A DNA stretch of 64,000 bases from Gonapodya sp. JEL0774. Lineage: Eukaryota. Positions within the stretch are counted from its first letter, which is position 1. The number at the start of each line of letters is the position of its first letter. The notes under the pieces were generated by a model. That model was not told the DNA's origin. It did not search any database and was given only the letters and a program-made list of their open reading frames with translations. The translations under genes were made by a program, and so were the position numbers. Positions 49,947 to 63,100 of the stretch are shown one piece after another. Where the stretch lies: positions 1 through 64,000 of the forward strand of contig JADIIX010000125.1 in assembly GCA_027604505.1 (NCBI GenBank), read 5' to 3'.

Positions 49947-50183
49947 TGTAATTGGAAATCGCAGGAGTGGCGCACATAGTACCTCGTAGAATTTTCATGG
50001 ACACCTCTTCCATTGAGTGCTATGCCAAAGAATATGTAATACAGAATACAGGGGTACAGGAATTCGGTGGTAATCGTTTATAATTCACACGAAAGAATGT
50101 GCGACTTCCACCAAAAGTCATGCTAAGCCGTCAAGGACCAAGTCAAAATCAAACGTGGTGGGGACATCTCCTCATTCAATTTA

Positions 50184-52448
50184 TTATCTTCGCTGCGCAG
50201 CACCTCCGTTTTGCTTTTTCCTGACATCCAGCTCATGTGAGGGGGTGTAAATCGGCAAGCTGGAAAACAAACATTCCCAGGCAGAAACTGAATAGGTCGA
50301 AACACTACGACAACCAAAGCTGCAACCTACCTTCCAATCTCGGTCTCCTTCCCACCCTTGTCAGAGAACCACCAGTGTTTCAAACATTCCTCGGCTGTGG
50401 ACCTCCTCTCGGGGTTCACCTCCAGCAACCCGCTTAACAACTCTACGACCCCTTTCCCGAACCGCCCGAATCTCTCTCTGATCATACTACGGCGATACTC
50501 CAGGTTAATGATATCGGGATTACGACGAAAGAGGGGGAGACTCCGGAATCCGGGCCAGTAATCGTCCGTTGGGGTTCCAGTGGTGAGAAATATGCAGGTC
50601 AGCTGGTCGAGATCGTCGCGCCCGGGGAAGATGGGTTTTCTGCAAAGAAGTTCACCGAAAACGCAACTAAAGCGAGCAATTTTGGAGACATGGGAAAGAG
50701 CAGTCAATTGCCACCAATGCCAGTCGTGCAATAAAATACTGTTAACAAACGTACCCAACCCCCCACATATCCACTGCTTGGTCATATTTGGTGCTCTCCA
50801 TCAACAGCTCAGGAGGCCTATACCATCGAGTCACGACTTGATCCGTGTATTCTCGATTTCGGTCAGACGAGTCAAGCGGTCGTGCCAAACCGAAGTCTGC
50901 AAGCTTCAAAAGGCCAGAGTCGGAGACGAGGATGTTGGCGGCTGGCGCATAGTTGAGGGTCGGGAATTCAATTGATTAAGTCACCTTCAGAGCCAATACT
51001 CGTCCAAAAGAGGTTGAATTGAAGATTATAACTGCATATCAGTCCATGGGGATCTGTCATGGCTACAAAACTGAGTTGCCAGATTTGGTGACCATCTGAG
51101 TCTTTCGATCACACCGAACTGCACAACATCTCACATCCAGATTGTCCCGGCAACGATGTCATTCGCAAAATCATACTCACTCTTGATATCACGATGCATG
51201 ACATTGTTTGCATGCAAATACTTCATTCCTTCCATCACCTGCCTCATATACATCTTGACTTGCGCCAAATCCATTTCCACCTCTGGGTTCTCCAAAAGTC
51301 CAGCCAGATCGTGAGGGTAATAGTCAAAAACCATGTGGACATCACCACGAGTGCGAGAGGAGCGGGAGGAAGGAGATACAGCAATGGAGAGGAGGCGAAG
51401 GATGTTTGGGTGTCGGAGGGATTTTAAAAGAGAAAGCTCGCGTAAGGCGGTGACAGGAAACTGCAGAGAGATACCACAAAATGGGGGATCCAGTCAGTAC
51501 AACGAATCAAATGGCTCTCCCTCGCACCGAACATCAATTTTGGAGTTTCCGACTGCACACCCACGTATCACCTGAAAGCAATCCGGATTATCAGAACCGA
51601 TGACCACCACGAACATCAGACGCAATCTGCTGGCCCTCCCCATCTCCCACCAACTACAAGATATTGCAGCTTCCCCACTAGTGCATTCACACATTGTGTG
51701 TAGAGACCGTTAACTAGTAGCAAGCACTCACCCCATCTTTTGAGTTTTCCGGAATAATAATCCGTTTCAACGCGACCATTCTGCCAGTCGATTTTTCCTT
51801 GCCAACTCTTACAACGCCGAAAGTTCCCTCACCAACCGTATCGAAGAGGTCGTAGTCAGATACAGGCGTGACGCCAATCAGCGGGGGAAAGTCAGTGGCT
51901 ACCGGCGCTGAGGCCCCGGAGGGTATGTGGTTTCCATTCTGATTGCTTTGAGCAAAACCAGAAATAGATGAGTCCGTGGCACCAACACCAGCGCCTGGTC
52001 CTTCATAAGGAGGTGAGTATGGTAGCTCGCCCTCTTCTGCGTCCGGAAACTCGCGGCCATCTCCCTTGTGGTAGTCCTCCTCGATCGCCTCACCCTCTTC
52101 GCCTTCTTCTGACCCGTCTCGCTTCTTTCTTTGATCTCCAGATTCCGAACCAGTGTTCTTCCAAAGATCATCTGGGAGTGGGGAGAACGAGTATTCATCC
52201 GCACCGTCCGCATCATTGTCACGGACTGCTCGCCTCTCAGGAGCGTTCGGTCGCGGTGGCAGTGGAGCAGAGGAGTCCTCGATCCATGCTGAGTTGAATC
52301 CTGAGGAGGAGGGGCCACTTTCTTCGTTTGCGAGGTTCGGCGAAGACGAGGGAGGATCCTGACGCGGACGCTTTGCATCCGATGACAAAGAGTCCGAGGT
52401 GGCGGCTAGCGGTCGCTTGCGAGAAGCAGCGGCATTTTCTGACTCCAT
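50184..52448 (-). CDS. Cyclin-dependent kinase, BUR1/CDK9 (CTD kinase) type
   Basis: [64 protein letters not shown], and a last exon [15 protein letters not shown] resembling the BUR1/SGV1 SHE motif. Confidence 0.92.
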
Positions 52449-52670
52449 CAGCTCGGCTTGAAGGGGATTATTTATGGTTGAGACCAACTCTTCTCAGTGA
52501 CTCGATTGTACTTGTTCGACGACGATGAGCCGAGTTTTCACACAGTTGTGTGTTACTTCACAGCAAATTCCTCGTTTTGTTCCTGGCGCCAGTGTGTTGA
52601 TGTGATTGGGTTTCCAAGTGAAATCAGGCGAAAGGTTCATCACCCTGCCTTCAAGTTGCCGTGGCCGGAC

Positions 52671-52709
52671 GGGGGGGGNNNNNNNNNNCCCCCCCCCCCC
52701 CCCCCCCCC
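52671..52709. other. Assembly gap (10 N) flanked by G8 and ~C21 homopolymers
   Basis: Read directly from the sequence. Confidence 0.95.
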
Positions 52710-53428
52710 GCGGCGCGCGGGACAAAATCACTTCACGATGAATGAAGTTTGAACTTGGACGCTCATCAGCTGGCTTATGTAGCTCCTTTCATTCTTGAGA
52801 TGCGATAATTGCTCCTCAAGTTTACTCTTGGAAGCTCACTGCCTTTGCGCTTGTACTCTCTCTCATCCTTTGTGAAGCGACAGCCGCCGACATCTTCTAG
52901 GAAGACACTCGTGAATGCAAGCACTCCTGAAACAAGCTTGGACTGTACTGCAGTCGCATCCAACCAGTGTTACAGTAGAGCAGGCCGATTGTGACTCAGC
53001 ATGGCTTTCTAGGGGAATGTCATCCTGTGATGACCACCGTTTCTGGGAACCAGCAATGAAGCAATCTCATAAGGGTACTCAAAGTCTCTGACTTTGTGTT
53101 TACCTCTTCTTACATTGCGGAACAGACAACTGCACAATCCAGATACGTGGACTGTCCCTTCTCACGATCCCCGACCTCCAGAGATGACCTCTATTTATTA
53201 CCTCATTTTCTGCCACAGTTCCTCCTCTCTACTCTCCTTTGCTCTCCTTTTTATATGAGCCAGACGATGCTACAACATTCAGTGTGTCGACGGTCAAAGA
53301 AATCTATTAAAGTAGTCCGACACTTATATAGGTGTCCGTTAAGTTACGTATGCAGTTCAGTTTCATGGTGCAAAACGGCTTCTTTTCCATGCATTGTTAT
53401 AACCGCAATATTTGCTTTCTTTACCACA

Positions 53429-56168
53429 TCATGCTTGTTGCGCCAAGAATCCAGCCAAGAGAGACAAAGATACCGTCACAAGTAGCGAGGGAAATGTGGC
53501 GGGAAGTGCACCACTCGTGGGTAAACTCGTTGACGAAACTTTTGCGGCTGCTGGTGCTGCCGGAGACGTAGATACGGCAGCAGCTGGAGAGGTTGTTGTC
53601 AGGAGGATTTGAGGAGGGCTAGAGGTCACTGGGGCTGGGGCTGGGGCTGGGGCAGAGGACAGAGGCGCTGCAGTAGATGATGCGGGAGGAGGAGCCATGG
53701 GCACGATATTTGGTCCTGCAAAAGATCCATTGCCTGCATTGAGGCTGACGAAACGTCCACTATTACAACACAAGGGAATGATATTCGGTGTGTTGATAGG
53801 CGGGTCCTGTCGAAATCTGCCGGGGAACCCACTTGGTAACAGGGATCCGATCCAGTGGTAGGTCCGCCCTGAATGCAGCGGCAACTGTCGGCTCCACGGT
53901 ATAGCCTGGAAAGACACAATCCGTTTATTTGATTACGGAGGAAATAGAGCCAAGAACCGGGGACTCCTTTTTCTCACCAAAATCAATGGTCACGCCAGGT
54001 AGTGTATCCTCTCTGGAAACATTTGAGTGAGATCGTAGGAGTTAGTTTTCAGTCTTTGAAGCCCCTGCGCAAAACACCTACTCACTTGACGAACTCGAAC
54101 GTCCACGAGTACTGGTACATGGGGAATTGGTCGAAAATTGCGGCAGAAACGGTCTGTCTCCACCACGCCTGTTTCACTTGCAGCCAGGTTGGTGAGTCGG
54201 GGGTCTTTCCAAGAAGGCCTGGGTTTATGCCTAGGACGATTTTGTATTTTGTATGCGCGTCGGCTGGTACCACAGCACAAACTGGAGAGTTCCTCACCCA
54301 TCACACTTGTCTCGGCCAGGGCGAATGGCTTGTTCTTGTTCGCGGCGTAAAGATCGTAGAAGCTCGGTGCAACTACAGTGATGTTGTCAATAGGGTCGAT
54401 TCCTCGGATCGAGTTGTTGAAAATGTTAGGTTGGGGTAGAGACCCATCGCTGCGCGGTTCGAATTTGAAGAAACACAAAACCGGTTAAAATGACCACACA
54501 AAACAATTTTGATTCCTATGAGCGACCGAGGACTAACCCAACTGGAGCAAACACATTGAAATGAGTTGTTCATTGAAAGACACCAGTCAGTAGTTGCGTT
54601 TGGGCAGGACGTTGCGACAAGCGGCACCGCACTTACAAGCCGACGATCCCGTGTAATATATGCTCAGACCAACAATGTCGACCACATCGTCACCAGGATA
54701 AAAGGGGAGATCTTACCGTGGAGTTCGCAGAAGTTGGGTCACACTCTTGCGAAGCAGTCACGCGGAAGGGAAGTCAGGAAACTCACAAGGTTCGTCTCCA
54801 TAGTCGATTAGGCCATTTCCATTTGAGTCAAGCAAGGCAACTTCGGTCTGAGGAGAAATACAATCGGAAACCAAAGCGGTGTGAACAAATCACACTCCGA
54901 ACCCAACATCATCGGGGCTTCCTTTCCTTCCAACATCTTTCTTCGCTCGTTTCAAGCCGGTTTTGACACATCCCTGGCACCCGACTCACCATGTTCAACT
55001 TTGCGTAGTCTGGGTGCTCAGCCAGCCACTCGGCGCTGGTATAGTTCACGTCGATTCCCCAGGGGAACGACGTTCCGACTTGCGGGGCCCACAACAGTGC
55101 CGTGGTGTTGCATGTGGGACATGCTTGGACGGCCAGAGCTACGGCGCGGAAGGCGGCGCGATAGAAAGTGGGTCGCCATGCCCAGGTGGACCACCTGTTC
55201 GGACGAGTGCACGCGGAAGAGAGACAAAGGTGAGATACATGGTTATCCCCAAGACATGGCACACTGATCCACACGATGGTCGGAACTTGAACGGGGGATC
55301 CTTTTTCGTGGGAGGGGAAGCCAAAATGTCAATCGTACTCACCATCCGTTCATTTCTGGACAAAATATCAAAGGAGGTGAGGCCAAATGCCCGTAGCAAG
55401 TACACATAGATCAGCACACATGCATTCAAACAGGAATGGGGTTGTCTGGCCTCGGCTAACTCACCGTGCGCGAACCTCAAAATCACGGGCACACCCAACT
55501 CGTTCAACTTCTTCACCATTTCCACCACATCCGGTACGGACGTTCCGTCGTTCAACGTGGAGTCGTACAGTGCCGCCACCGATGACGGTTCCAACGTTAT
55601 GGTCATGATGCCGTTCTCAGGGAACGGTTTGGTCTCCACGGTTTTGTTGATGAAGAGTTTGGCAGTTTCGTCGAGGGGGAAGGGGAGGAAGATGGAGAAA
55701 AGAGGGAGGTCGAGGCCGAGTCGACGGGATACATTGATGGGCTGTGGTGTCGATGAGGAATTGTGTTGGTCAAGAAGCACGGGGCGATGAAAAACATTCT
55801 GCATGTCCACTCACCTGGTCCCAGTCCCAGTCGACTTAGGGAGTGGGTCATCCGGGGGATAAAGAAGTGGTTGAATTGGGTTGGTTGGATATATTACATA
55901 TTAGTCAGTGATGTGGCGACACTACATCCAGCCAGCCACAACCACCGGGAACCACGATAACAAGGAAGCTCGACTCACGATGAGCCCCAAGGAGAACCTG
56001 GTTGCCCTTGGGAAGGGGAATCGGGTTGGGACGTGACACGTTGGCGGCCGAAACGTTTGCCCAAGCGATTGGTCCAGCGAGGACGACCACGGGGGGCAGG
56101 ATCACCATCACAACCACCAATACCGCAACGGCGATCCCGAACCGCGCTCGAGGGAGTCGCTGGGACAT
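53429..56168 (-). CDS. Secreted, probably GPI-anchored glycoside hydrolase family 26 protein
   Basis: Signal peptide, then MTITLEP, ILRFAH-EMNG-WWSTWAWRP, ALLWAP, FYPGDDVVDIVGLSIY and KPFALAET. The C-terminus is a S/T/P/A-rich stalk with a hydrophobic tail. Confidence 0.88.
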
Positions 56169-57137
56169 CGTGTGGTGGATGCGCGAAGATGAATTAGTCG
56201 GGGAAAACGGACAGTGGTGTTCTCGGAAAGGGTCAAGAATCCCTGGCTGACCTCGGAGGGACAGATCGTGTTTTTTTCTCTAGGGCGAGCAAAACAGTTG
56301 GTCGAACTTTGTTTCATTTCGAAATGCAGGCGATTGACGCATACATAAAACGTTATCCTGTACTACATGCTACATTACATAAATGAGAAACGCTTTTAGT
56401 TTTTCTTTCTGACCTGTGGTGTATTACTATCCTTGAGGAGAGCTGACGCCTGCCTGTTTAGTTCGCAGTCACCGACGTTCGTCGTTGTTCAACTTCTGGG
56501 ACAGTCAAACAGTGTCCGCGCCCCCCTCAATGTGACCCGCAACGCTACTTCTCCACTGACGCATGACGTTGATGTTTTGGGCGAACAATACACCACTTCC
56601 CGTTCCTATGTCCGTTGTTTGGGGCTGGCTTGTCTGCAGGTATGACATGACCACAGCAATGCGAAGACACCAAGCACCTGCAACATCCAACAGCCGGACC
56701 ATCTTCGTCCCCGTATTCAAAGGAGAGAGCTTCATGGTGTTTTGAAATTGAGTGTCCGTGAGTGGACGCTGCTCGTCGCTTCACGAATACCACTGGGTGG
56801 AGGTTGGGTACAAACACCGAGACGGGGTGGAGGAACCATGGATGCCGGGACACATCCATCCCTATATTCATGGGAGACAGTTGCAAGCCACTGCATGCAT
56901 GGGAGTGACGTTTGTGGCTCCCCTTTCCTCCGGGGATAGGCTATACTTGGAAACCTCGAACGGCTCCTTATTACGCTTTGCACTGAAAATGTCACACGGA
57001 TGCTAAGACGCAAGAATGCTGGATTGTGTACCAGCTGCATCAACCAACCCTCCAACGGAAGGCAATCGACTACAATGTTTGTTTTCTTGTTCGCTCCTGC
57101 AGAAGCAAGGTTCTCTCACTTCCTTTTTGATATTTGC

Positions 57138-57746
57138 TCACACCAACCGACGTCGCTTCACATTCCTATCAGGATCGACCCCATTTCTTTTCCGTACACC
57201 TCCATCTCGCCTGCACATCTCCGACTCCAGATCCGCGCGACACTCATAATTGTAGTACTTTCTTTTCGAAGCTTTATCAAGAACCTCCCGCAGATCTTTG
57301 GCTATCTCTGTGATCTCATTCTCAAACCTTCCAAGAAGATTCGCAGACGCTAGAGCCGCCACATCCGCTCCCATGCCCCCACCACCGCCAACTCCAACCA
57401 CTTCCGCAAGCACCTCCCCGCATCTCGTCTGCAAAAACACCGTGGCATTCCCAAAGCTCGCCCTCTTCCCCTTCATCTCAGCAACGAGCCCACGGAACTT
57501 TTCATGGTGCTCCCTCAAATCGTGCAGTGCATCCAATGTCAGACCACTCAAGTACGCCTTCGTCATAGTATTGCCGCCCGCTTCCGCATCCGCATCGTTC
57601 TCGCACTGTTGAAGATCATCCTTCTTCCTCTCCAGCCAGCCACGGGTCTCTTCCAGCTCTTCCCTTATATTCGGTCCAACCATTTCCGAAAGCGTTCTTG
57701 CTATCTCCCGCGCCTGCTCTTGCATCCACCCCACCCCCTCTCTCAT
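57138..57746 (-). CDS. Intronless helical orphan protein with basic NLS-like C-terminus
   Basis: A 202-aa ATG-initiated ORF that is helical and charged and ends RKRNG...KRRRLV. Confidence 0.6.
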   Translation of the reverse strand: MREGVGWMQEQAREIARTLSEMVGPNIREELEETRGWLERKKDDLQQCENDADAEAGGNTMTKAYLSGLTLDALHDLREHHEKFRGLVAEMKGKRASFGNATVFLQTRCGEVLAEVVGVGGGGGMGADVAALASANLLGRFENEITEIAKDLREVLDKASKRKYYNYECRADLESEMCRRDGGVRKRNGVDPDRNVKRRRLV

Positions 57747-58147
57747 TCGATCCTCGGGCGACTACATCGTCGACCTGTCACGCCAACTTGCTTTCTTAGT
57801 TCACTCAGCCGACCTTCATTTCAAAATTTGTACTCACACTGCCGACATCAACGAGTTCTGCGAGTTCTGTGTGTTCGCATCCAGCTGCAGTTGTGATGTG
57901 TGCACATCCTGGTTCATCACTCAAAAAACTCCCAATCACTCATCGTTCCCCCCCCACTCACGCTCATCCCCATCGATCCCGATTCTCCATCCATGTTCAT
58001 TTCACCTCTCTTCAACCCAACTCCTTCTCCTTTTATCAGAAACATCCCCTGTGGTACGGTCAATCAGCCGCAGAACCCCCCTTACCCCCCTACCCCCTCT
58101 CATAAACATCCCCCCACATCCCCTACCCACTCACATCCCCCCCACCA

Positions 58148-59291
58148 TGCCTATGTCTACCGGTGGTCAATATCCGCGACCTCCCCGCCTCTACGAACAA
58201 ATTGATGATGATGGTTCGGACACCGATGGTTCAGTCAAGGTGACTCGGCTCTCCTTACTTCAAATCCATACCCACTCTTCACAACCTCTCTGTACACCCC
58301 CAAAAGGCATCAACTGCTAAAAGGAAGAGGCCAGCTCAGGCATTGCTCTTTCTTTCTTTCTCCCATCATTTCATCCTCCATCACCCACCGATCATCCCTC
58401 CTAGAAATCCTTTGTCCTCCATGACTCAGACTCAGACTCAGACTCAGACTCCGACTCAGACAATGATGATGTCATCAACCTCACACCTCAGCCGAAACGC
58501 CCAAAAGTGAGGCGACTCAGCCAGTTTTGCTACAAACTCTCACACACCCCCCCCCCCCCCCCCCCCCCCTCATTCTCCCCATCCATTAGCTCATTTCCTA
58601 TCAGACGTTCGGCAATGAGCAAAGGGACTTGCATGCCCTCGATCGAGACTTTCCTCTCCTCAGACGGGACTCTCCTCTACCTGTTCATCGCTCCCTCATC
58701 GAGGCATCTTCTTTCGCCGACTTGGGCATCCCCGACGACTCTGAATTCCTTGCCCGCAACCTCGTATGCACCGCTTGCAAACTCAAAGTCGTCACCACCA
58801 TCATTTGCACCCGTGGCTGCGAACTCTGCGCAGACTGCGCTGCCAAACTCTCCCAAGACTCACAACCACTCTCCAAGTGCTCCTTCACCTGCGGTCAAGG
58901 CATCCTCTACTCCAAAGAACATCAAGGCTACGCCCAACGTGCAGTTATCGTCGCCAATTCCGTTCCAACCTCGTGCTCCTGGTGTCACAATCACATGTCC
59001 TTTGCAGAACTCTTGAGACACCGTTACGCTTCCTGCATCTACACCGTGTGCACCCTTCCCGGCTGCGGCGCCACCATCCTCAGGAGCAAGGAGCACTTGC
59101 ACCGTTCCCTCGACTGCACTTCAACCAAAACTGGCGGCTTCTGCCATAACCACTGGCTTTCCATGAAAAGCCCCGGGAACATCAGCCTTCACTTTGCAGG
59201 CCCATGCGATTTCCGCGCCGACAACGCACGCAAGCTGACTCAACACCAGACACACTGTAGTTTCGCCCATGAGAGTTTCACTGTATTGTAA
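58148..59291 (+). CDS. RING-like plus TRAF-type zinc finger protein (putative E3 ligase)
   Basis: CTAC...CTRGCELCADC...CSFTC (RING-like), then CSWC..H...C and CTLPGC...HLH...C. Short acidic N-terminal exons contain a DS repeat and PKRPK. Confidence 0.75.
58423..58461 (+). repeat. (GACTCA)n hexamer microsatellite encoding a DS repeat
   Basis: Read directly from the sequence. Confidence 0.9.
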
Positions 59292-60152
59292 CACTAAATA
59301 CAGCAGTGGTCATAAAGAATTATCAATAGCATAGTATTGTTGAAAAAATTGAGCAACAGGTGTAAAGCACATTACTAAAAGTCTAGTATGGAAAATTGCT
59401 GTACAAGTGTCAGACGAAGGTTGACATTTTCGGGGCCGCCTGCTGAGTAGAGAGCAGGTCGGAGCGAGAGCTTTTCGCAAGGCGGTGGTTCATTCCCTGC
59501 TATGGAAGAGTCCTCTTTCCCTCTTCTCGCACGTCGCTTTTTCAGAGAATGTCACCTCAATAAAAAAAGAGTAATAAATCTGGATTGGGTACCAGCTACA
59601 CTGACCAACCGTTAGGCAATCGAGTGCAATATCCGTGTACTCTTTTGCTTCTAGAGAAACAAGGTTCTCTTGGTAGTCTGTTGAGGATCCCATGAGCAAG
59701 GAAGAGTAACTTCGCAGTGGTCAAGTACCAAGTCACAGTCATGCAATTAGTGCCATTGTTGAATGAATGGAGCACACTGTGTACTTTGTGGTACTTTGCG
59801 ACCGAACGTTTCGGCTGGTCAAATTCCAAGGAAGACACTATGAATATGTCATTTTTCTATTCAATGCGTCCAGAAGAAAAAATCAAATTGCATCGACATC
59901 ATCGTCATGATGAGGTGACATTCTCAATGAAAAGCGTAATAATTTCTCATGTATTTACGTTTGGAAAACAAGGCAATTTCGTCTTTCAGACACACGGCAA
60001 ATACACACTTGTAATACATATACAGTTTTAGAATAACCACACATTCGCAGCAACCCCGGTTACTTTTCTCCAAATGCAATCAATCTCTCACATATCCGTC
60101 GCCGCCAGCCATCTCTCCCTCCTCCGTCCCTGCAAACAATCTCTGCAGTTTT

Positions 60153-63100
60153 TTACCTGGTTTGAGTTCCTTTCTTCGCCACCCCAGTGATGCCACGTCC
60201 CCGATCCGGTGGTTTCGAGGTGAGGTCGGACGAAGAAAAAGCGGCCCTCCTTTTCTTTTCAACCGCCTTCACACGCTCTTCCATTGCACGTGTAGTGCGT
60301 ACGGGGATCCTTGGAGGAGACGACCAGATAGGCACTTGGGTGGGCCTGGGGGTTGATCGTCAAAGGTGTGCTACCACACACTCGAAACGCACAACTAACC
60401 TTGTGATTTGTCCTGCAGTCGCTGTCAACCTTGGTGTTGCCTTGATAATGGTCTCCGCTTTCACAGCAGGGCTGAAAAGTTGCACGGTTGATATTTCGCG
60501 CTTCCCCCCCCCCCNNNNNNNNNNCGTTTACATCCCTGGTTTTAATTTTCTCCGTTTTTCTTTTTCGCGTGCCCCCCCCCCCCCCCCCCCCCCCTTTAAA
60601 CAACGGTTCAACCTTACCTTACAGCCGTAGCAGGACTCGCAGGTATCTTTTCCTGATTATCAGTTGCATCGACACTAAAGTAAACTGTCAGATTGAGACT
60701 CTCCTTTCCAATGAGACTCACGATTGACATACCCGACCCCCCTCACGGAAGTCGAATCACCTGACTCAAGTGTCTTGGCTCCCGCAAGTCTCACTCCCGC
60801 GGACGCCTTGCCTTTGCCCTTCTCATCTTCTCCCTTGGAGACTTCTGGTTCGCCATCACGACTGTCCTCATTGCGGAGTGCTTCATCAAGCAGCTCCCCG
60901 ATACAATCGGCCCTCTCTCCGACCGCAAGAATCAACCCAATGAACTCGCACACCACCTCCCAAGTGGCGTCGCGACTGGTGGGTATGGTCACGCACGGAT
61001 ATATTGGCATAGTCACAGCAATGTCGCTGCTGCCATACGGCTCCTGAGTTGCATACACGTAGATGCAGGGGCCTTGTGCAAGGATGAGCAGCGATTCCAG
61101 CAGACGCTCTCCCTCTCGCCTCTCGCCACGGCCCTTCCGCATTTCGCGGACACTGTGGGCGCAACTACAAGACCCTTTCATGGCGTCTAGCGGAAAGTCC
61201 TTGTTCGACGGGCTCTTCGCCTCCAACTCCACCAGACTGTGCTTACCGGACGTCCACGTCTTGTCGGGTCTGTCATCCTCGTTGCCATTCGGAGGCTTCT
61301 GGTTGCGGAACATCCGCTTCCAAGACGGCCACTTGGTAAGCAGCTCAAAAAAGAGTCCTGTGAACATGGTTGTGGTCTCCTCGCTGTCAAACGCGTCAGG
61401 CTGCGAGACTGGCTCCAGCAGGCGCCACCTTTTAGGTGCGTGTCAGAGCCAAGACGTTCACCGAGAGTAAGCTATCACTCACCACGTTAACAAAAGCGAA
61501 TGGATTGGGAACAGCTCTGTCTCCCAAACCTCATTGAAGTGCTCCTCGCCTTCAAAGCCGATGTCGGATCCTTTTACTCCTCGATGCGTCTTCCCTTCTT
61601 TGAGTTGCTCCAGAGTGAAGCGAACCAGATTCTGTTTCTGGACCGGCAACTCGATGTTGAGATCGCGATTATCAAGCACGTGCTCAAAATAGGCCTGGAG
61701 CTGTGGATTTCGCCGAAGTGGGTCGAACTCGTAAGGGTCCATGAGAACCTGCTTGGTCATACTGGTGGCCACCCGTCGTGTCAGTACATAAAGCCTTATA
61801 ATCGCAACTATAAAAAAACCTACGGGTTGTGATGATTTTGGTCCGCGTGATTATACGACCCACTTTTGTTCATGGTGTGCAGCAGTTTCTTCACGAGGTC
61901 GTCCTTCTCCTTGTCGCCTCTGCGTGAAGTTGATAATTTCCTGATCCTTTCGACGATGGCGTCGTCCAAGGCCTTCTGGTTGGCCTCCGACCTGCCAGAC
62001 CAGATCACACTCGGGTACTCCTTTCCCAAGGTCTCAAGAGAGACCATCCCGTTACTCCTCATCTCTCCATCGATGAACATCGTGTAGTTGCCAGGATTGA
62101 AGCTGAAACTGGGAAACGGAAGAACCAGTCAGTTCTTCGTGGCCATGGCTTTCTCAAACATTGCGATTCGAGCCATTGGCCGCTGCTGCTTCCACCAAGG
62201 TGACACATCGGACATACCTTGCGCTGGATTCGCTTCGTTGAGACATGCCTGGCCGACGAATGCAGCTGGAGTTGGAAGAAGGATTCAAAGTGGCCACTGT
62301 CTGTGCCCCTGCACACACTATATTCTGTCACATTACCAATTCGTGTTGCTTTTTACCATCAATCAACGAAATAAACGTTGAACTCTATGTTCTTTCCACA
62401 TTCTCTCCGTGATTCCGTCTCTACTCAATCGTTCCCCTATTCGACACCAACTGAAGCGATCTGTCAGGTAATCCCAGCGAGTGGAACAGCCAATACTCGA
62501 AGCGTTTGTATAAAACGCAATGTCCAAGAGCATCTCTGGAGCTTTCCAGTCCGGTGCCTTGATACCACCGAAATCGCCTAGAATGGGCCGTCCAAGCTGT
62601 CTCTCAACCGCACGATGCGCCAACTCCTCGAGATCCGCCACCGTCCACACGGCCACTTCCCCCGGGCCAGGCTCCTTGTAGTAGATGCTGACCTCTGTCC
62701 AGAGTCCAACTCGGACTTTTCGACCTCCGAACCAGGGATGATTGGGATCTTTGTACCAGTCACGAGCATACGCTTGGTTCTGCAGAAGAAGCATCTTCTC
62801 GGGAACCCGGTACAGGGGACCCGCCAAGTCGTCTGTCCGCGGATCGGTGAGGTGTTCACTGTCTGGTGTCCGGCGCGCGAACTCCCTCGGGTATATATCC
62901 TCGTATCCGTAGCACGTTTGATCATTATAATCGGGATGTCGGTACATAAACTCGTAGTCGAACGTTCGAATGCTAGAGTCATACACATCCAGCGGGACGG
63001 CCGAACCATTCGCGGTGACGAGGGTGTGACGAGCAACGACGTTGAACCCGGGCCGCATGCGATCCTCGTCTTCGTGTCGTGGGCGTCCCATGCCATTGAC

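Noticed and set aside
52671..52709. G-run/N/C-run resembling a hairpin or element end
   Set aside because: Best explained by sequencing failure at a homopolymer.
53027..53091. GTGATGA...CTGA pair resembling a C/D snoRNA
   Set aside because: No terminal stem or identifiable rRNA guide, and such short motifs arise by chance.
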